Shown: positions 24,238 to 37,569, numbered from the whole stretch's first letter. The stretch: 63,047 nt of DNA, filler included, from Basidiobolus ranarum (GCA_040143965.1; 47 parts of 47 records of this genome joined end to end with filler, not necessarily neighbours in it); one strand, 5' to 3'. Made by a program: numbers and translations. Notes: generated by a model not told the origin, from the sequence alone.

Positions 24238-25481
24238 TAAACTTTTTTAGTATATCTGGGATATACTTAGACTAGTTTAAAGTTATTGTTTTGGTAGTTC
24301 TATCTATCTTAACTTGAATTCCAAGATAATATGTCAGTTCACCAAGATCAGGGATTTTGAATTTGGCAAATAAGCTGAATTTGGTTTTCTCTAAAGTCTT
24401 CAAGTCATTAGTTACAGTAATAATGTCATGTACATACAAGGCTAGTGAAGCTGGGTTTGTCTTAACTGGCCTGAAGAAGAAAATATAGTCAGCATTACTC
24501 TTTTGGAATTTGAGTGTTTGCAAAACAGCATCTATCTTGCTCTTCCAAGCTCTTGGAGATTGTTTAAAGCCACTGATTGTTTTGCAGACTGTGCAAACTT
24601 TTTTGCGGTTTTCTGGATGACCAAATCCATCTGGCTGGCCTATATATATCTTCTCAACAAGCTTGCCATTCAAAATATAAGTTTTTCATCCATTTGAAGT
24701 ATCATAAGCTGATATATAGCAGAATTTGCTAAAATCAATCTAATTGAATTAAACTTTGCTTCAGGAGCAAAAGTTTCTGTATAATCTATTCCTGGTGTTT
24801 GAGAATAGCCTTTGGCCATTAGTCTAGCTTTGTACCTTTCTATATTGCCTTTAGGGTTATATTCAACTTTAGAGACCCATTGGCAGCCAATTGATTTTCC
24901 ATTGTCAGGTAAGTTGGTTGAAATCCAAATTTGATTATCAACCAAAGCCTTGTACCCATCAGCCATTTCAGATCTCCAAATTTTGTGCAAGGGCCATTTA
25001 GGACCTCTTTTAAAGTCTGGGGTTCATGTAATTGAGCTGTACAGGCATAGGCCCAATTTTGGGACTTGTTGATATAGTAATCAGAGCTATTTCTGATCTG
25101 ATCTGATCTCATTGTTTGGGATAAAGGTACTACAACTTCTGGTACTATCTTAGGCACTTCAGTAGACAAAGTTTTGGTTGATGGGTCCACAGGAATGCTA
25201 ATTTTGTCATTTTTTTGGTATACATCAGTTTGAATGATTGGATCCGGAGAAAACTGGACTTGTTCTCTGTGATAGTGCCAGATTGTGCTGTATATTTCAT
25301 ATTGGATAAATTATTCTAAAATTTATGCGGCACAATTTGGCACTATCCAGCACCCTCTGGCATAATCAATTTCAATCACACTTACTCTAATATATTGATC
25401 CAAGGTCCAATAAATCCTGGCACAATGGAACAAGTCCAGTGAGCTTTGTTGTCATCTGAGGTCGTTAGGGTAGAAGATTTT
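24238..25481 (-). mobile_element. Ty1/copia RT fragment with MITE insertion
   Basis: KARLMAKGYSQTPGIDYTETFAP; homologous to 6745-7400. Confidence 0.9.
25256..25437. mobile_element. 182-bp MITE, TIR GGACTTGTTC
   Basis: GGACTTGTTC...GAACAAGTCC, flanks ACT/AGT; second copy at 50113-50294. Confidence 0.85.
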
Positions 25482-25581
25482 NNNNNNNNNNNNNNNNNNN
25501 NNNNNNNNNNNNNNNNNNNNNNNNNTTAATTAATTAANNNNNNNNNNNNNNNNNNNNNNNNNNNNNNNNNNNNNNNNNNNN

Positions 25582-26825
25582 CGTTTTTTGCACATGTGTT
25601 GATCCATAGTTCTCTGAGATTTTAGCCAATCATTTGCAACTATTTTGCAAGATCTTGAAATTTCACTCCTGAAACTGAAAAAATTGATTAAAGTCAAATC
25701 TAACTTGATGATTTTATGATGGTAAGTAAATGGTCAATCCCAAATGGATTAAAATTGTAACGGTTTTCCTATGATAACAATCCTCAAATTTCTGTTAGGG
25801 AAGACCTTTATTGTGATTAGTTTATATGGCTATTTGGTTGAGAGACAGTGTTGAAATTAGCATTGCCTGAGCACCTATATAGTCATATATAGCTTAGCAC
25901 TGTGTTATCTTACAATTCACTAAGATATCATCTGTTATTCACAATTGGAATCTACTTGGAATTTTTTACCAACTCAGAAGTTCTCAGAAATATAGATTTT
26001 TCAAAGTTGTGCTAGAAGCCCCAAATTTACACACATGTTCCTGGGACCTTCCTTAGCACATTCTACATGTTTGCTTGATTACATCTTGACAAAACTATGG
26101 ATGTCAACTTTCTACTCTTTCTTTCAACCAGTGAAACCACCAATTGCTCTAGTTTGACAAACCACTTCCAATAGGCTCACAAATACTTAAATAATTTGAA
26201 GAAATAGAGAAAATGGTATTTTCACTTGTTGACCTATTGAGTAGAGAGTTGACATTTATAGTTTTATTAATATGTGGACAATGTTACATGTCAAATTTTC
26301 AAGGGAAGGTCCCAGGAACATTTATGCAAAGTTTGTGGCTTTAGCACAAGTTTGAAAAATCTGTGTCTCTGAGAACTTCTAAGTAGGCAAAAATATTCTA
26401 CATAAATATTCCAATTGAGAATAATGGAAAACATCTTAGTCAAATATTAGATTACTACGTACCAAGCTATATATGACTATACAAGTGTTTAGGCAAAGCT
26501 AACTTCAACACTCTCCCTCAACTAAATGGTCACAGAAACTAAACCTACCCTAACAGAAATTTGAGGATTGCTATTGTAGGAAAACCATCAAAATTGTAAT
26601 CCATTTGGGATTGACCATTTAATTACCATCAGAAAATTGTACCAAAACAGAAATTTGAGGATTGTTATTGTAGGAAAACCATCACAACTTTAATCCATTT
26701 GGGATTGACTATTTACTTACTGTCATAATATTGTCAAGTTAGAGTTGCTTTTAATCAATTTTTTCAGTTTCAGGAATGAAATTTCAAGATCTTGCAAAAT
26801 AGTTGCACATGATTGGCTAAAATCT
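25582..26825. mobile_element. CMC left end (to 25800), two inverted copia-A 3' ends with LTRs (25849-26193 +, 26196-26510 -), CMC left end from 26548 with its first ~95 bp duplicated
   Basis: Homology to LTR A, its PPT and the CCCTAACAG end. Confidence 0.8.
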
Positions 26826-26925
26826 NNNNNNNNNNNNNNNNNNNNNNNNNNNNNNNNNNNNNNNNNNNNTTAATTAATTAANNNNNNNNNNNNNNNNNNN
26901 NNNNNNNNNNNNNNNNNNNNNNNNN

Positions 26926-28169
26926 TAACAAAACCATTGTCTTCTTCTTCAACTTCTGATATACTACCATCAGTACTGGAATAACCAAGGTCAACATCTA
27001 GCAGCAATTCCTCAAAGTTGTCTGGACTTACTGGTTCAACCAAAGTTGCATTTTGACCTACATCATTCTGGTCATATAACTGTGGTAACTCCATGGTATC
27101 TTGACTTTTGGCAGTGTTACCAAAACTTTGAGGCAAACTACAGTCAGTGGACTCAATAGGCAAAACTAAAGTCAATTTAGTGCACTTATTACTGTTGTTA
27201 TACACCAGGCTTTGTGCAGCTGGTGGCTTTGTACAGTGACCGTGCTTGTGATTATTTTTTCTATGAAGCCTCCGGCTTTCATAGCACAAGAATTTGCGAC
27301 AATAATAGCAGGGCTTCTTTAAACGTTTGTGTTGCGGCATGAGAAGGATATTGTAGAAAAAAGAACACCTCCCACGTAAGGGTGGTATTTTAGGTATAGC
27401 CCATCAATATCATCAGCTGATTCTGAGATGGTGTCACAGATGAGTCATCAGGGGAATTACAAGATTATTCCGGTAATGGGTGGCAATTTTGGTATATTAA
27501 AAGCTGTTTCTAAGCAATTTCATTACACCAAATTTACCATCTGAAAATCTCAATGCCATTCAATAAGCGTTCAAAATCTAAGTCAAAACTGCTTGCAAGC
27601 CAAAGCCTGCTGGCACAAAAGGAAAAAAACTAGCAAGAAACAAGGACTTAATTGATGAGCAGTCTAGCAATCCACTATCCACTTTCGAAGGCATTAACAT
27701 ACCTGAAACCAACTCAATTAATGATGAAGCATTAATCAATTTACCGGATGTGTTCCTTTCCAGCAATAGTTCAAGTGAAGAGATTGTAATCCCCCAGTTA
27801 CGTAGTAAATCAATAGTTGAGCAAAGTTCAACTCAAACATTGTTAAGACCATCAACTTCCAAAATGGCTACTTTACCCACTATTGAACAACCCTCTGTAG
27901 AAATTTTGGATAGAATTATTACAATAAGGGAATTGCAGGCAGAACACCATAATGATTTGTATGCAATCATAAGTAAAAACTATGAAGTTGCTATGCAGGC
28001 CAAGACAAGCAATAATGCCGCAATATTGCAATTAATGCAGCATTTGGAAGCAACTTTTCAACAGTTAGAGAGTCACTCAACAAATGATACAAGACCTTCA
28101 GAATGCTGTACTTGAGCTACAGCAACATGCTGCTCCCTCCATCCATTCTGATATGGGATTTCAGTCAAT
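26926..28169. mobile_element. Divergent ORF pair (minus ORF from 27340, plus ORF from about 27553), probable centre of the CMC element
   Basis: MPQHKRLKKPCYYC also at 34985-35159 and 43930-44070; plus ORF also at 29613-30855; link to CMC is inferred. Confidence 0.6.
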
Positions 28170-28458
28170 NNNNNNNNNNNNNNNNNNNNNNNNNNNNNNN
28201 NNNNNNNNNNNNNTTAATTAATTAANNNNNNNNNNNNNNNNNNNNNNNNNNNNNNNNNNNNNNNNNNNNGCCTATGTTCTCCAGCTAATTGTTATCCTCT
28301 TTTTCTATCTTATTATAAAGACTTATTTTTCTAGTTCTCATAGTATGCTTAAAGATTAAAACTCTCCAGCTTACTAAAGAAGTTTTCATGTTGTGTTGTA
28401 TTTTGGTGATTTTTTCTATTATTCTATATTACTTACCCATATATTACTATCCCCTTTC

Positions 28459-29512
28459 TGTTCAAGTACTTGAGAGCCTCTTGGAATTGGTTTGGAGAAT
28501 TAGAGAAATTGGTGGTTTTCACTTATTGACTCATTGGGCTCAGAGTTGACATTGATAGTATTGTAAAGATACAAGTAAACTACTGTATAGAATGTTGCAA
28601 AGAAGGTTCCAGCAAAATGGTGTAAAGTTTGGGGCTTCCAGTACATGCATGAAAAGTGTATATATCTGAGAGCTTCTTGGTAGGTGTCATTATTCTGAGT
28701 TAATTGCCATGGGGAATATTGGTGATATTTAATGAATCGTAAGATAACTAAATACTAAGCTATATATGACTATATAGGTGCTTAGGCAATGCTGAACTCA
28801 ACACGCTACCTCAACTAAAAAGTCATATAAACTAATACCCAGTATGGTCTAAATATCTGAAATTTCTGTCTACTTAATTGTTTGTTTAATATATCAGCAA
28901 TCATATATTTAGTAGAACAATAAGTTAAGTCAAAACACTTATTCACTAGAGTATCTCTGATGAATTGATGTCTAATATCTATATGTTTGCTTCTATCATG
29001 GAACATGGGATCTGTAACTAATTTGAGACAAGTTTGACTATCTTGAAGTGTTGTAGTAGGTTAATTTTGAGAATAGCCTAAATGTGTCAGGAGCTTTCTT
29101 AACCATATGGCTTCTTTTGCTGCTTCAGAGTCAGCCATGTATTCTGCTATTGTTGTTGAAAGTGGTACAATAGTTTTTTCTTTGACCTTCAAGAAATAGC
29201 TCCTTCACAGCAAAGAAATAAGTATCCTATTGTGGATCTCATGTCTTCAATATCTCTTCCTTAATCTGCATTGACTGTCCCATAAGTTCAAAACTACATC
29301 CAGAAATTGTGTATTTAAGCAACAATTCATTGAACCCCTCAAATATTAGAAGATCTGCCTAACTGCTATGATTTGATCTGATCCGTAATTTTGAAGATGT
29401 TGGTATGTAATTCCCACAGAATATGATATGCAACATCTGCCCATATTCCAAATATTAAATACATCAAACTAACAAACATAAATTGATGAGAAAACCTGTG
29501 GCTTATATTTGA
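28459..29512 (-). mobile_element. Copia RNase H end, PPT and LTR A (28459-28803)
   Basis: FHDRSKHIDIRHQF, MIADILNKQL. Confidence 0.9.
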
Positions 29513-29612
29513 NNNNNNNNNNNNNNNNNNNNNNNNNNNNNNNNNNNNNNNNNNNNTTAATTAATTAANNNNNNNNNNNNNNNNNNNNNNNNNNNNNNNN
29601 NNNNNNNNNNNN

Positions 29613-30855
29613 TTTTGGTTTATTATAAGTTATTACTCAACAATTTCATTATGCCAAGTTTGCCATTGGAAAAGCTCAATGCAATTCAAAAAGCTTTCAA
29701 AATCTAGGTCAAAATTGGCTTCCAAGCCAAAGCCTGCTGGCAAAAAGGAAAAACACCAGCAAGAACAGAGGACTTAATTGATGAGCAGTCTGGCAATCCA
29801 CTATCCACTTTGGAAGGCATTAACATGCCAGAAACTAACTCATGTAATGATGAAGCTTTAATCAATTTACCCAATGTGTTCCTTTCCAGCAGTAGTGCAA
29901 GTGAACTGATTGTAATCCCCTGATTATGAAGTAAATCAATAGTTGATCAAAGTCCAACCAAAACACTGTCAATACCATCAACTTCCAGAATGCCTACTTT
30001 GCCCACTATTGAACAACCCTCTGTAGAAAATTTGGATAGAATTATTACTACAAGGGAATCACAGACTGAACACTGTGATAATTAGTATGCAATCATAATT
30101 AAAAGCCACAAAGCTGATATACAGGCCATGACAAGCAATAATGCCACAATATCACAATTAATGCAGCATTTAGAAGCAACTAGTCAACAGTTAGAGAGTC
30201 ACTCAACAATGATACAAGACCTTCAGAATGCTTTACTTGAGCTACAGCAACATGCTGCACCCTTCATGCATTCACATATGGGACTTCAGCCAAACCCACG
30301 CCATACATATGAATGTTGCCGTGACAATCTAGCAGAGCAGAATATGTGTTGGACCTTTAAGCCTACACAACAACCCAAAATTGCTTGCACACATGAAAGT
30401 AGAAACCATATAGGAAAACTGGCAAACCAAAAGGTTCTGAATGTCAGAGCTGACATCACTTGCTCTGATGATGAGTGGTTTAACATATTGGAAACTGTGC
30501 AGAATCTTTCTCAAAATTGCCTGGATTTGATCCAATCATGGAAAAACCAAAAACCAGGTTTTACTCCAAAGGTTCTTGACTTATTTCATGTGGCTTATCC
30601 TGGGTTTTTGCAAGCAAATGGTAATTGGGCTAGTATAGGCCTATTGATGAAGCATCTCAGAAATGTACACAATTATCAACTTGGAAAAGAAAAAAAAGCA
30701 GCTAAAGAAGTACTGAATGAGCAGACAGTTAGTAAACTCAAGGGAAAAGCAACGGAGCCAGGAAGTTAAGGCTCTACTGTTGCACTTATCAAATTCTTCA
30801 CACCATTACCAAGATCTGCATTTCCAGAGTCAGATATACTGGCAAAAAAGCGTAA
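29613..30855 (+). mobile_element. Accessory ORF of the repeated element (coiled coil plus W..Q...YP.F...NWA region), degenerate
   Basis: Homologous to 27480-28169; 213-aa open stretch 30128-30769. Confidence 0.6.
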
Positions 30856-30955
30856 NNNNNNNNNNNNNNNNNNNNNNNNNNNNNNNNNNNNNNNNNNNNT
30901 TAATTAATTAANNNNNNNNNNNNNNNNNNNNNNNNNNNNNNNNNNNNNNNNNNNN

Positions 30956-31378
30956 GTAAAGCGTAGTGAAGACGATGATGGTGATGAAGATGATGATGAC
31001 AACGACGATGAAGGTGACGATGAGGGAGACGACGACGACGATGATGATGATGAGGGCAACGACGATGAAGATGATGAGGGTGACGACGATGAAGATGATG
31101 AAGGCGACGACGATGAAGATGATAAGGGCGATGACAATGAAGATGATGATGAGGGCGACGATGATGATCATAGTAATGGTGACCATGCAGATAAAGGTTC
31201 CCCTCAACCAAAGAGCTCAGATGAGTCAAAAGTTCCTGGTCCTCAATCTGGTGCCCCCGCTAGTGATGTTAAAAGCACACTCACCTCTAAAGCGAGTGAA
31301 GGAGTCTCAAAAGGGCCTAAATCAGACCAAACCAAAGGTCATAGCCTAAGAAGACGGTTCCTACTTAGAGGTTTCTAG
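30956..31378 (+). CDS. C-terminus of an Asp/Glu-rich protein
   Basis: 141-codon open frame VKRSEDDDGDEDDD...SLRRRFLLRGF*. Confidence 0.7.
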   Translation, partial: VKRSEDDDGDEDDDDNDDEGDDEGDDDDDDDDEGNDDEDDEGDDDEDDEGDDDEDDKGDDNEDDDEGDDDDHSNGDHADKGSPQPKSSDESKVPGPQSGAPASDVKSTLTSKASEGVSKGPKSDQTKGHSLRRRFLLRGF

Positions 31379-32298
31379 ATGATGAAAGTTTCATAGTTAC
31401 AAAAAGCATGGGAAGACTTTGGTATGTACTGGATACTATACGCAATGTGCAAGTTCAAGTCAAAGAACCAGATAGTTGTTAATAAAGATGAAAATTTCTT
31501 GCCTGCAATTGCATTACTTATGACAGATGGAATATTTACATCGTTTACTGACTTGCTTTCCAACTTGAAAGACGAAAACAAAGCCATTTCAGTACCACTT
31601 TGTATTAGTCTACAGCCGACAGTGAAGTTGTAAGACGTACTTATTTGAAGAGGTCACAAGTACTCCTCAAGTTCTTTGCACAACTTAATTGGATGTGTTA
31701 ATAACTGGAGACAAACATAAGTTAAAAATACTTGTGCAAAAGTATTAACGAAAACTTTGAACATCAAAAATTGATTTTATTAAAGAGTTTGTCACAGAAT
31801 AAGCAGTATGTTTTATAGTTAGCTGTATGAGATCGATAAGACACTATAAGATAAGCAATTAACCTTCATAGTTTTTGGCAAATTTTGAAGCTCGATGCTT
31901 TTAGTTATGGTGAAACAAATGATTTTTCTGATTCGAGATGTCGAAAAACTGTCATTGCTCATAATAGATCGTGCCAAGTCCAGATCGAAAATGGGTTACT
32001 GGGTTGAAAAAATCTTGATGAGTACTCCTACGAAATGATTTAGCTCGGCTGCTGCTGGTTTATCAGCTCGATCCTCTTATCACTCCCATGTGTAGTACTG
32101 TTCCCAAATCAATAATAACACTTTGTTTCAAATAAATAAGTATCCAACCCTTATGAATGAGATAATATAATACATGGTCCAATTACAACTATAAATAANN
32201 NNNNNNNNNNNNNNNNNNNNNNNNNNNNNNNNNNNNNNNNNNTTAATTAATTAANNNNNNNNNNNNNNNNNNNNNNNNNNNNNNNNNNNNNNNNNNNN

Positions 32299-33541
32299 TC
32301 AATTCTGTTATTCAAAAACGTGTGTTTATTGCTCTAATTGATAGAAATATCAATTAGATCACTTTTACCAATTTTCACTATTTTCTCAAAACTTCTCCAA
32401 ATCACCTCACATTTTCACCCATGCTTAACAGGCATGTTTGTTATGATTTAAGCACGTCTAGTAGTCCTATTTCATAGTAAACTATAAATAGGACATATTC
32501 AATTCTATAAAACTTAAGCATCCAATTCACATATCCAAATCTTGTGCAAAACACTTCCAAATCCCCTAAACACTTTTATCATATACAACCCCCACAAATT
32601 TCCATTTTGGTTGGGGGGGTTAATTGGAATTCCAGAAATTAGGCAATTTTTGATCATTTTGCTCAAATAATCAAATCCAACATGGCCAAATCTCCTATGC
32701 CATAATTGGATAGTTTCTTCATTGGAATAACTTATATTGACATATAAACCTCTTGGATTATATGCAAGTTTGTTTAAGTTCTGATCCTTTTCTTGCAAAG
32801 CAAAATAATTCCCATTTTGATCAGTGATGGTGCATCCTGACTTATAAAAATTGAATTTAGCCCTTCTGAGGGTGCCTTACATACAGATATTAGATACTTG
32901 GCAATATTTGGAACATGTAGTACCTCCATAAAAGTATATACTTTCTCTTCAGAAGCTCCAGTTAATTTGACTTGAATAGTTCCTATTCCAATAGCATCCA
33001 ATGTGTGGTCATCTCCCATGAAAACCTTTCTAATTGGGATTTCCTCATGATTCACAAACCAATGTGTTTCATTTGTGAAATGTTGCAAGGCTCCAGAATC
33101 AATATACCATGTCTGAGAATCCTTGTTGGTATTCATAGATAGAGCAGATATGAACAAGTGATCTTCTGTTGTAACCACATTTCCAGATTCAGTATGTTAT
33201 TCTTCTTTAGCAATTCTTTCAAAGCAAACTTTGCTTAAATGGCCAGTTCTTTTACAGTAATCACAGAATGTGTTACTTTTCTTCTTAAAGTGCTTTTGAC
33301 CTTTATAGGAAGGTTTCCCATAGCCTATTAAAGCATTTTCTTCATTCTTTTGGTTGGATCCTGATTTGCATAAATCTTCATCCATAAGTCTGCCAAATAT
33401 ATTATTTAAGGTCAAATTTTCAGTTCTTGATTCTAGAGCCATTACTAGCCTCTGAAACTTGTGTGGCAGGCTATTCAGGATGGTAACTATGATATCTGGA
33501 TCAATAGTAGGTACTCCAATGCATTCCATTTCATCCACTAG
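32299..33541. mobile_element. LTR F 3' part (to 32581) inserted in minus-strand copia gag-protease
   Basis: CDYCKRTGHLSKVC, WYIDSGA, LWHRRFGH. Confidence 0.9.
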
Positions 33542-33641
33542 NNNNNNNNNNNNNNNNNNNNNNNNNNNNNNNNNNNNNNNNNNNNTTAATTAATTAANNN
33601 NNNNNNNNNNNNNNNNNNNNNNNNNNNNNNNNNNNNNNNNN

Positions 33642-34884
33642 ACAAGGGTCAAAACCTGCATCAACTTATGCTGCAGAATTCCGCCTTCTTGTCTGTGATC
33701 TCAATTGGGGAGAATCTGCCCTGATCAACCAATTCCAATATGGACTCCAAGAGAATATTAAAGATCTTTTACTCACTATGGCTGACCCAGTGACCTTGAC
33801 TGATGCTGTCCACTAGGCAGTTAAATGCAACAACCAGTTGTTTGAAAGACAACAACAAAGAAATATGACTCCTTTCTTCTCTCCTTCATTATCTACTTTC
33901 AGACCCCCCTTCCATCCAGCACAAAATACCGCTCAAGCTGATGATCCAATGAAATTTAATGGAACTTGCTTCTGAAAGCTTAGCCCTGAGGAGAAATGTC
34001 AACACCAACAAGAGAATCTTTGCCTCTATTGTACAGCTCCTGGACATGTAGCAAGAACCTGTCCAAGCAAGAATCCTGGATTCAAAATCAATAATATGCA
34101 AGTACAAGAGGACTCTTCCCAACCCTTGGAAAACTTCAATGCCCAGCTGCAATAATGGGCATGCAGTTGGGCAAACCATCTTCAAAAGTTTACCTTCACT
34201 ATACATTGCAATCTCTGCAGCCATATGAATCATTAAAGCTGCCCATTACACTCCTGCTACCAAATTCCAAGTCAATAAAAAAAACTGCACTTCTTAATTC
34301 AGGTGCTTCCTCCTGTTTTATTGACTCTGTCTTTGTAAAAGCCCACTCTATCCCAACAATCAAGAAATCTAGTCCAGTCCTTGTAGAAGTAATTGATGGA
34401 AGACTGCTATCATCAGATGCTGTAACACATGAGACAATCTTTATGACACTCATGTCCACTGCTCATCAAGAAAAAATAGCCTTTAATATCATTTCTTCAC
34501 CTCAGCACCCAGTCATCCTAGGTATCTCATGGCTCATGCAGCACAACCCAGTAATCATTTGGGAGAAGATGATTATGACATTCAGGCAAACTACGCCTCC
34601 TAGTCCATATTTGCCAACCTGCAAAGGATCCAACTCATCACCAGCCCAACTCCTAAAAACATCTATAGAGCCAACATCCATTGACAGTATTGCTGAAGAG
34701 CTGAAAGCAACAAAACCTGTGGGTCATAAGCTCCCACCCAAATACCAAGCCTTTGCTGATGTCTTTGACAAGGAGAAATCTGATATACTCCCAGCTCACC
34801 ACCCATATGATTGCCCTATAGATCTACAAGAAGGAAAACAACCACCATTTGGGCCTATATATAGGCTGACCCAGCCAGAACTCA
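33642..34884 (+). mobile_element. Ty3/gypsy gag-protease-start of RT
   Basis: CLYCTAPGHVARTC, ALLNSGAS, LPAHHPYDCPIDL. Confidence 0.95.
34128..34180 (+). promoter_or_regulatory. -1 ribosomal frameshift signal
   Basis: G GAA AAC in gag frame, 6-nt spacer, 11-bp stem 34141-34151/34162-34172; pol open in the -1 frame. Confidence 0.8.
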
Positions 34885-35159
34885 NNNNNNNNNNNNNNNN
34901 NNNNNNNNNNNNNNNNNNNNNNNNNNNNTTAATTAATTAANNNNNNNNNNNNNNNNNNNNNNNNNNNNNNNNNNNNNNNNNNNNAGTTTGACCAAGTTTG
35001 CATTTCTACCTATATCATTCTGGTCATATAACTGTGATACCTCCATGGTATCTTGACTTTTGGCAGTGTTACCAAAACTTTTAGGCAAAGCACAGCCAGT
35101 GGACTCAGTGGGCAAAACTCAAGTTGATTTTGTGCACTTGTTACTGTTTATATTCATCA

Positions 35160-36227
35160 TGTCACAATAAGGAACTGGACAAGGACTGGAACCAATGACA
35201 AGAGGCTAGAAGGCAGGAGAGTACTTGGGTGTAGACCACAAGACTGGACAAGGAAGATACTTTGGCAAGAATCTTTATTGACACCTGGTGTTGATAAGAC
35301 TGAGGTTGGATAAAGGAATATATGGGGCTTATATAGATATTGCAAGGTGAAACATAATATACTGAATAGGGAATATATTGCAGCAAGTTTGAGAGTTGGG
35401 GTATTAAGGATGACAACAACTAATACAAAGAGGGATGATGTAAGGATGATCAGGTGACCGTCCATGGAAGGTCTTGGCGGAAATACACTATGTGTGAGAT
35501 GACATGATTGGTTGGGTTTCATGGAATGTTCCAAAGAACATGACTTCCATATAAGGTAATCTGGATAAACTAACACCAGATTGCCAAGAAGGGATGGCAC
35601 AGCATATATGATGTCATAATCTAATAATAGAAGAGTTCTATTGGCAGTGGATCAGTATGCCAAGATCAGAATCATGATAGTATCCCCTTCTTTAGTGATG
35701 GCTTCCAGACATCAGAGGGCCAGGTTTATCTGGGTAGGCTTCATGAAACTCCTGGCAAAGTTCCTTGGAATTGGAAAGATTTATTGCTGATGCCCATGAT
35801 TGTTCATTTGTTGATTATCCCTTCCAGTCCACCAAATATTGCAATTTATATTGATAAATTCTGGAATCTAGAATTTTGCTAACTTCATATTCAGGGTGTT
35901 CTTCCACTTGGATTGTTGAGGGTGGGTCAATGGATCTGCCCTGGAAGGTGTTTCTTGCATGTAGCTCTAAGAGAGACACATGGAGTACATTGTAGACTTT
36001 GAAATGGGCTTGGAGTTCAAGGCGCAAGGCTACTGAATTGATTTGCTTAATAATATCAAAAGTCCCTAGTCTTTTATGATCAAGTTTATCACAAGGTCTA
36101 GCGGTTTTGATATTTATCCGGAGTAGCCAAACATAATCTCCTGGCTTGAGATCTGGACTTGGCTTTCTTTTCTTATCAGCAAAGTTCTTGTATTGGGATT
36201 GAGCATGCTCCAACTCAGATATTAATT
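35160..36227 (-). mobile_element. Chromovirus 3' end: IN tail, chromodomain, PPT and LTR D (35160-35679)
   Basis: KLDHKRLG, YEVSKILDSR...YLVDWKG, PPT AAAGAAGGGGATAC. Confidence 0.9.
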
Positions 36228-36327
36228 NNNNNNNNNNNNNNNNNNNNNNNNNNNNNNNNNNNNNNNNNNNNTTAATTAATTAANNNNNNNNNNNNNNNNN
36301 NNNNNNNNNNNNNNNNNNNNNNNNNNN

Positions 36328-37569
36328 GATTTTCATTAAACAAAACATCCCTGGACTTGATTAACTTGGAAATTTTGGTATCATAGAGTCTGTAGACCTT
36401 AGTTTGAGTACAATAACCCAGAAATATGCATTTCTTACCTTTTGGATCAAGATTTGACCAATTTTTGGTCATAATTTTGACATAAGCAATGCATCCAAAG
36501 ATCCTCAAATGTTTTAAATCAGGTTTAACTCCAAAACAAGCTTGATCAGGTGTAGGGTTAGACAGACTTCTACTAAAACTCCTATTCTTCAGATATACAG
36601 CTGTGGCAACAGATTCTGCCCAAAAGTTTTGAGATAAATTTAGTGCATTTATCATAGATCTGGCCATTTCTATTGTGGTCCTGTTAGCTCTTTCAGCAAC
36701 TCCATTTTGTTGAGATTAATAGGGTGCAGTAGCTTCTTGCTTAATTGCATGAACTTTACAAAAGTGCTGAAATAGTGTTGAAGTATATTCTCCACCATTA
36801 TCAGTATGTATTTTCTTGATTTTAGTTCCAGTTTCAGTCTCCACAAGTATCATAAAATCTCTCAAGATAGAAAGAGCTTTTTCTTTTCTCTACATAAAGT
36901 AGACCCAATTGTATCTTGTACAATCATTAATAAATGTGATTAAATACCTTTTTCCACCTAAAGATAAATTTTGCATAGGTCCACACAAATCTGAATGAAT
37001 TAGATCTAATTTTTGACAGATTTGATCAAGCCAGAGCTCTAAAACGGTTGCCTGGCTTGTTTTCCATATGTACAACCCCCACAAAATTCCATTTTGGTTG
37101 GGGGGTTAATTGAATTCCTAAAATTAGGCAATTTTTGATCAATTTGCTCAAAAAATCAAATCCAACATGGCCAAATCTCTTATGCCACAATTGAATAGTT
37201 TGTTGATTGGAAAAACTCATATTTATACATAAACCTCTTGGATTATATGTGAGTTTGTATAAGTTCCTAGCTTTTTCTCCCAAAGTTTATAATTCCATTT
37301 TGATCAGTGATGATGCATCCTGACTAATCAAAATTGAATTTTAGCCCTTCTGAGGTGGCCTTGCATACAGATATTAAATTCTTGTCAATATCTGGAACAT
37401 GTGGTACATCCTTAAAAGTATATACTTTCTCTTCAGAAGCTCCAGTAACATGGACTTCAATTGTTCCCATTCCAAAACCACCCAATGTGCGGTCATCTCC
37501 CATGAAAACCTTTCTAATTGGGATTTCTTAATATTCCAAAAGCCAATGCTTTTCATTTGTGAAATCTTG
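36328..37569 (-). mobile_element. Ty1/copia protease-integrase
   Basis: LWHKRFGH, HSDLCGP, FWAESVATAVYLKNR. Confidence 0.95.

Noticed and set aside
30900-31349. His-, Ser-, Ile- and Met/Thr-rich ORFs in the track
   Set aside because: Alternative frames of the GAY/GAR repeat; the Asp-rich frame has third-position variation and is open throughout
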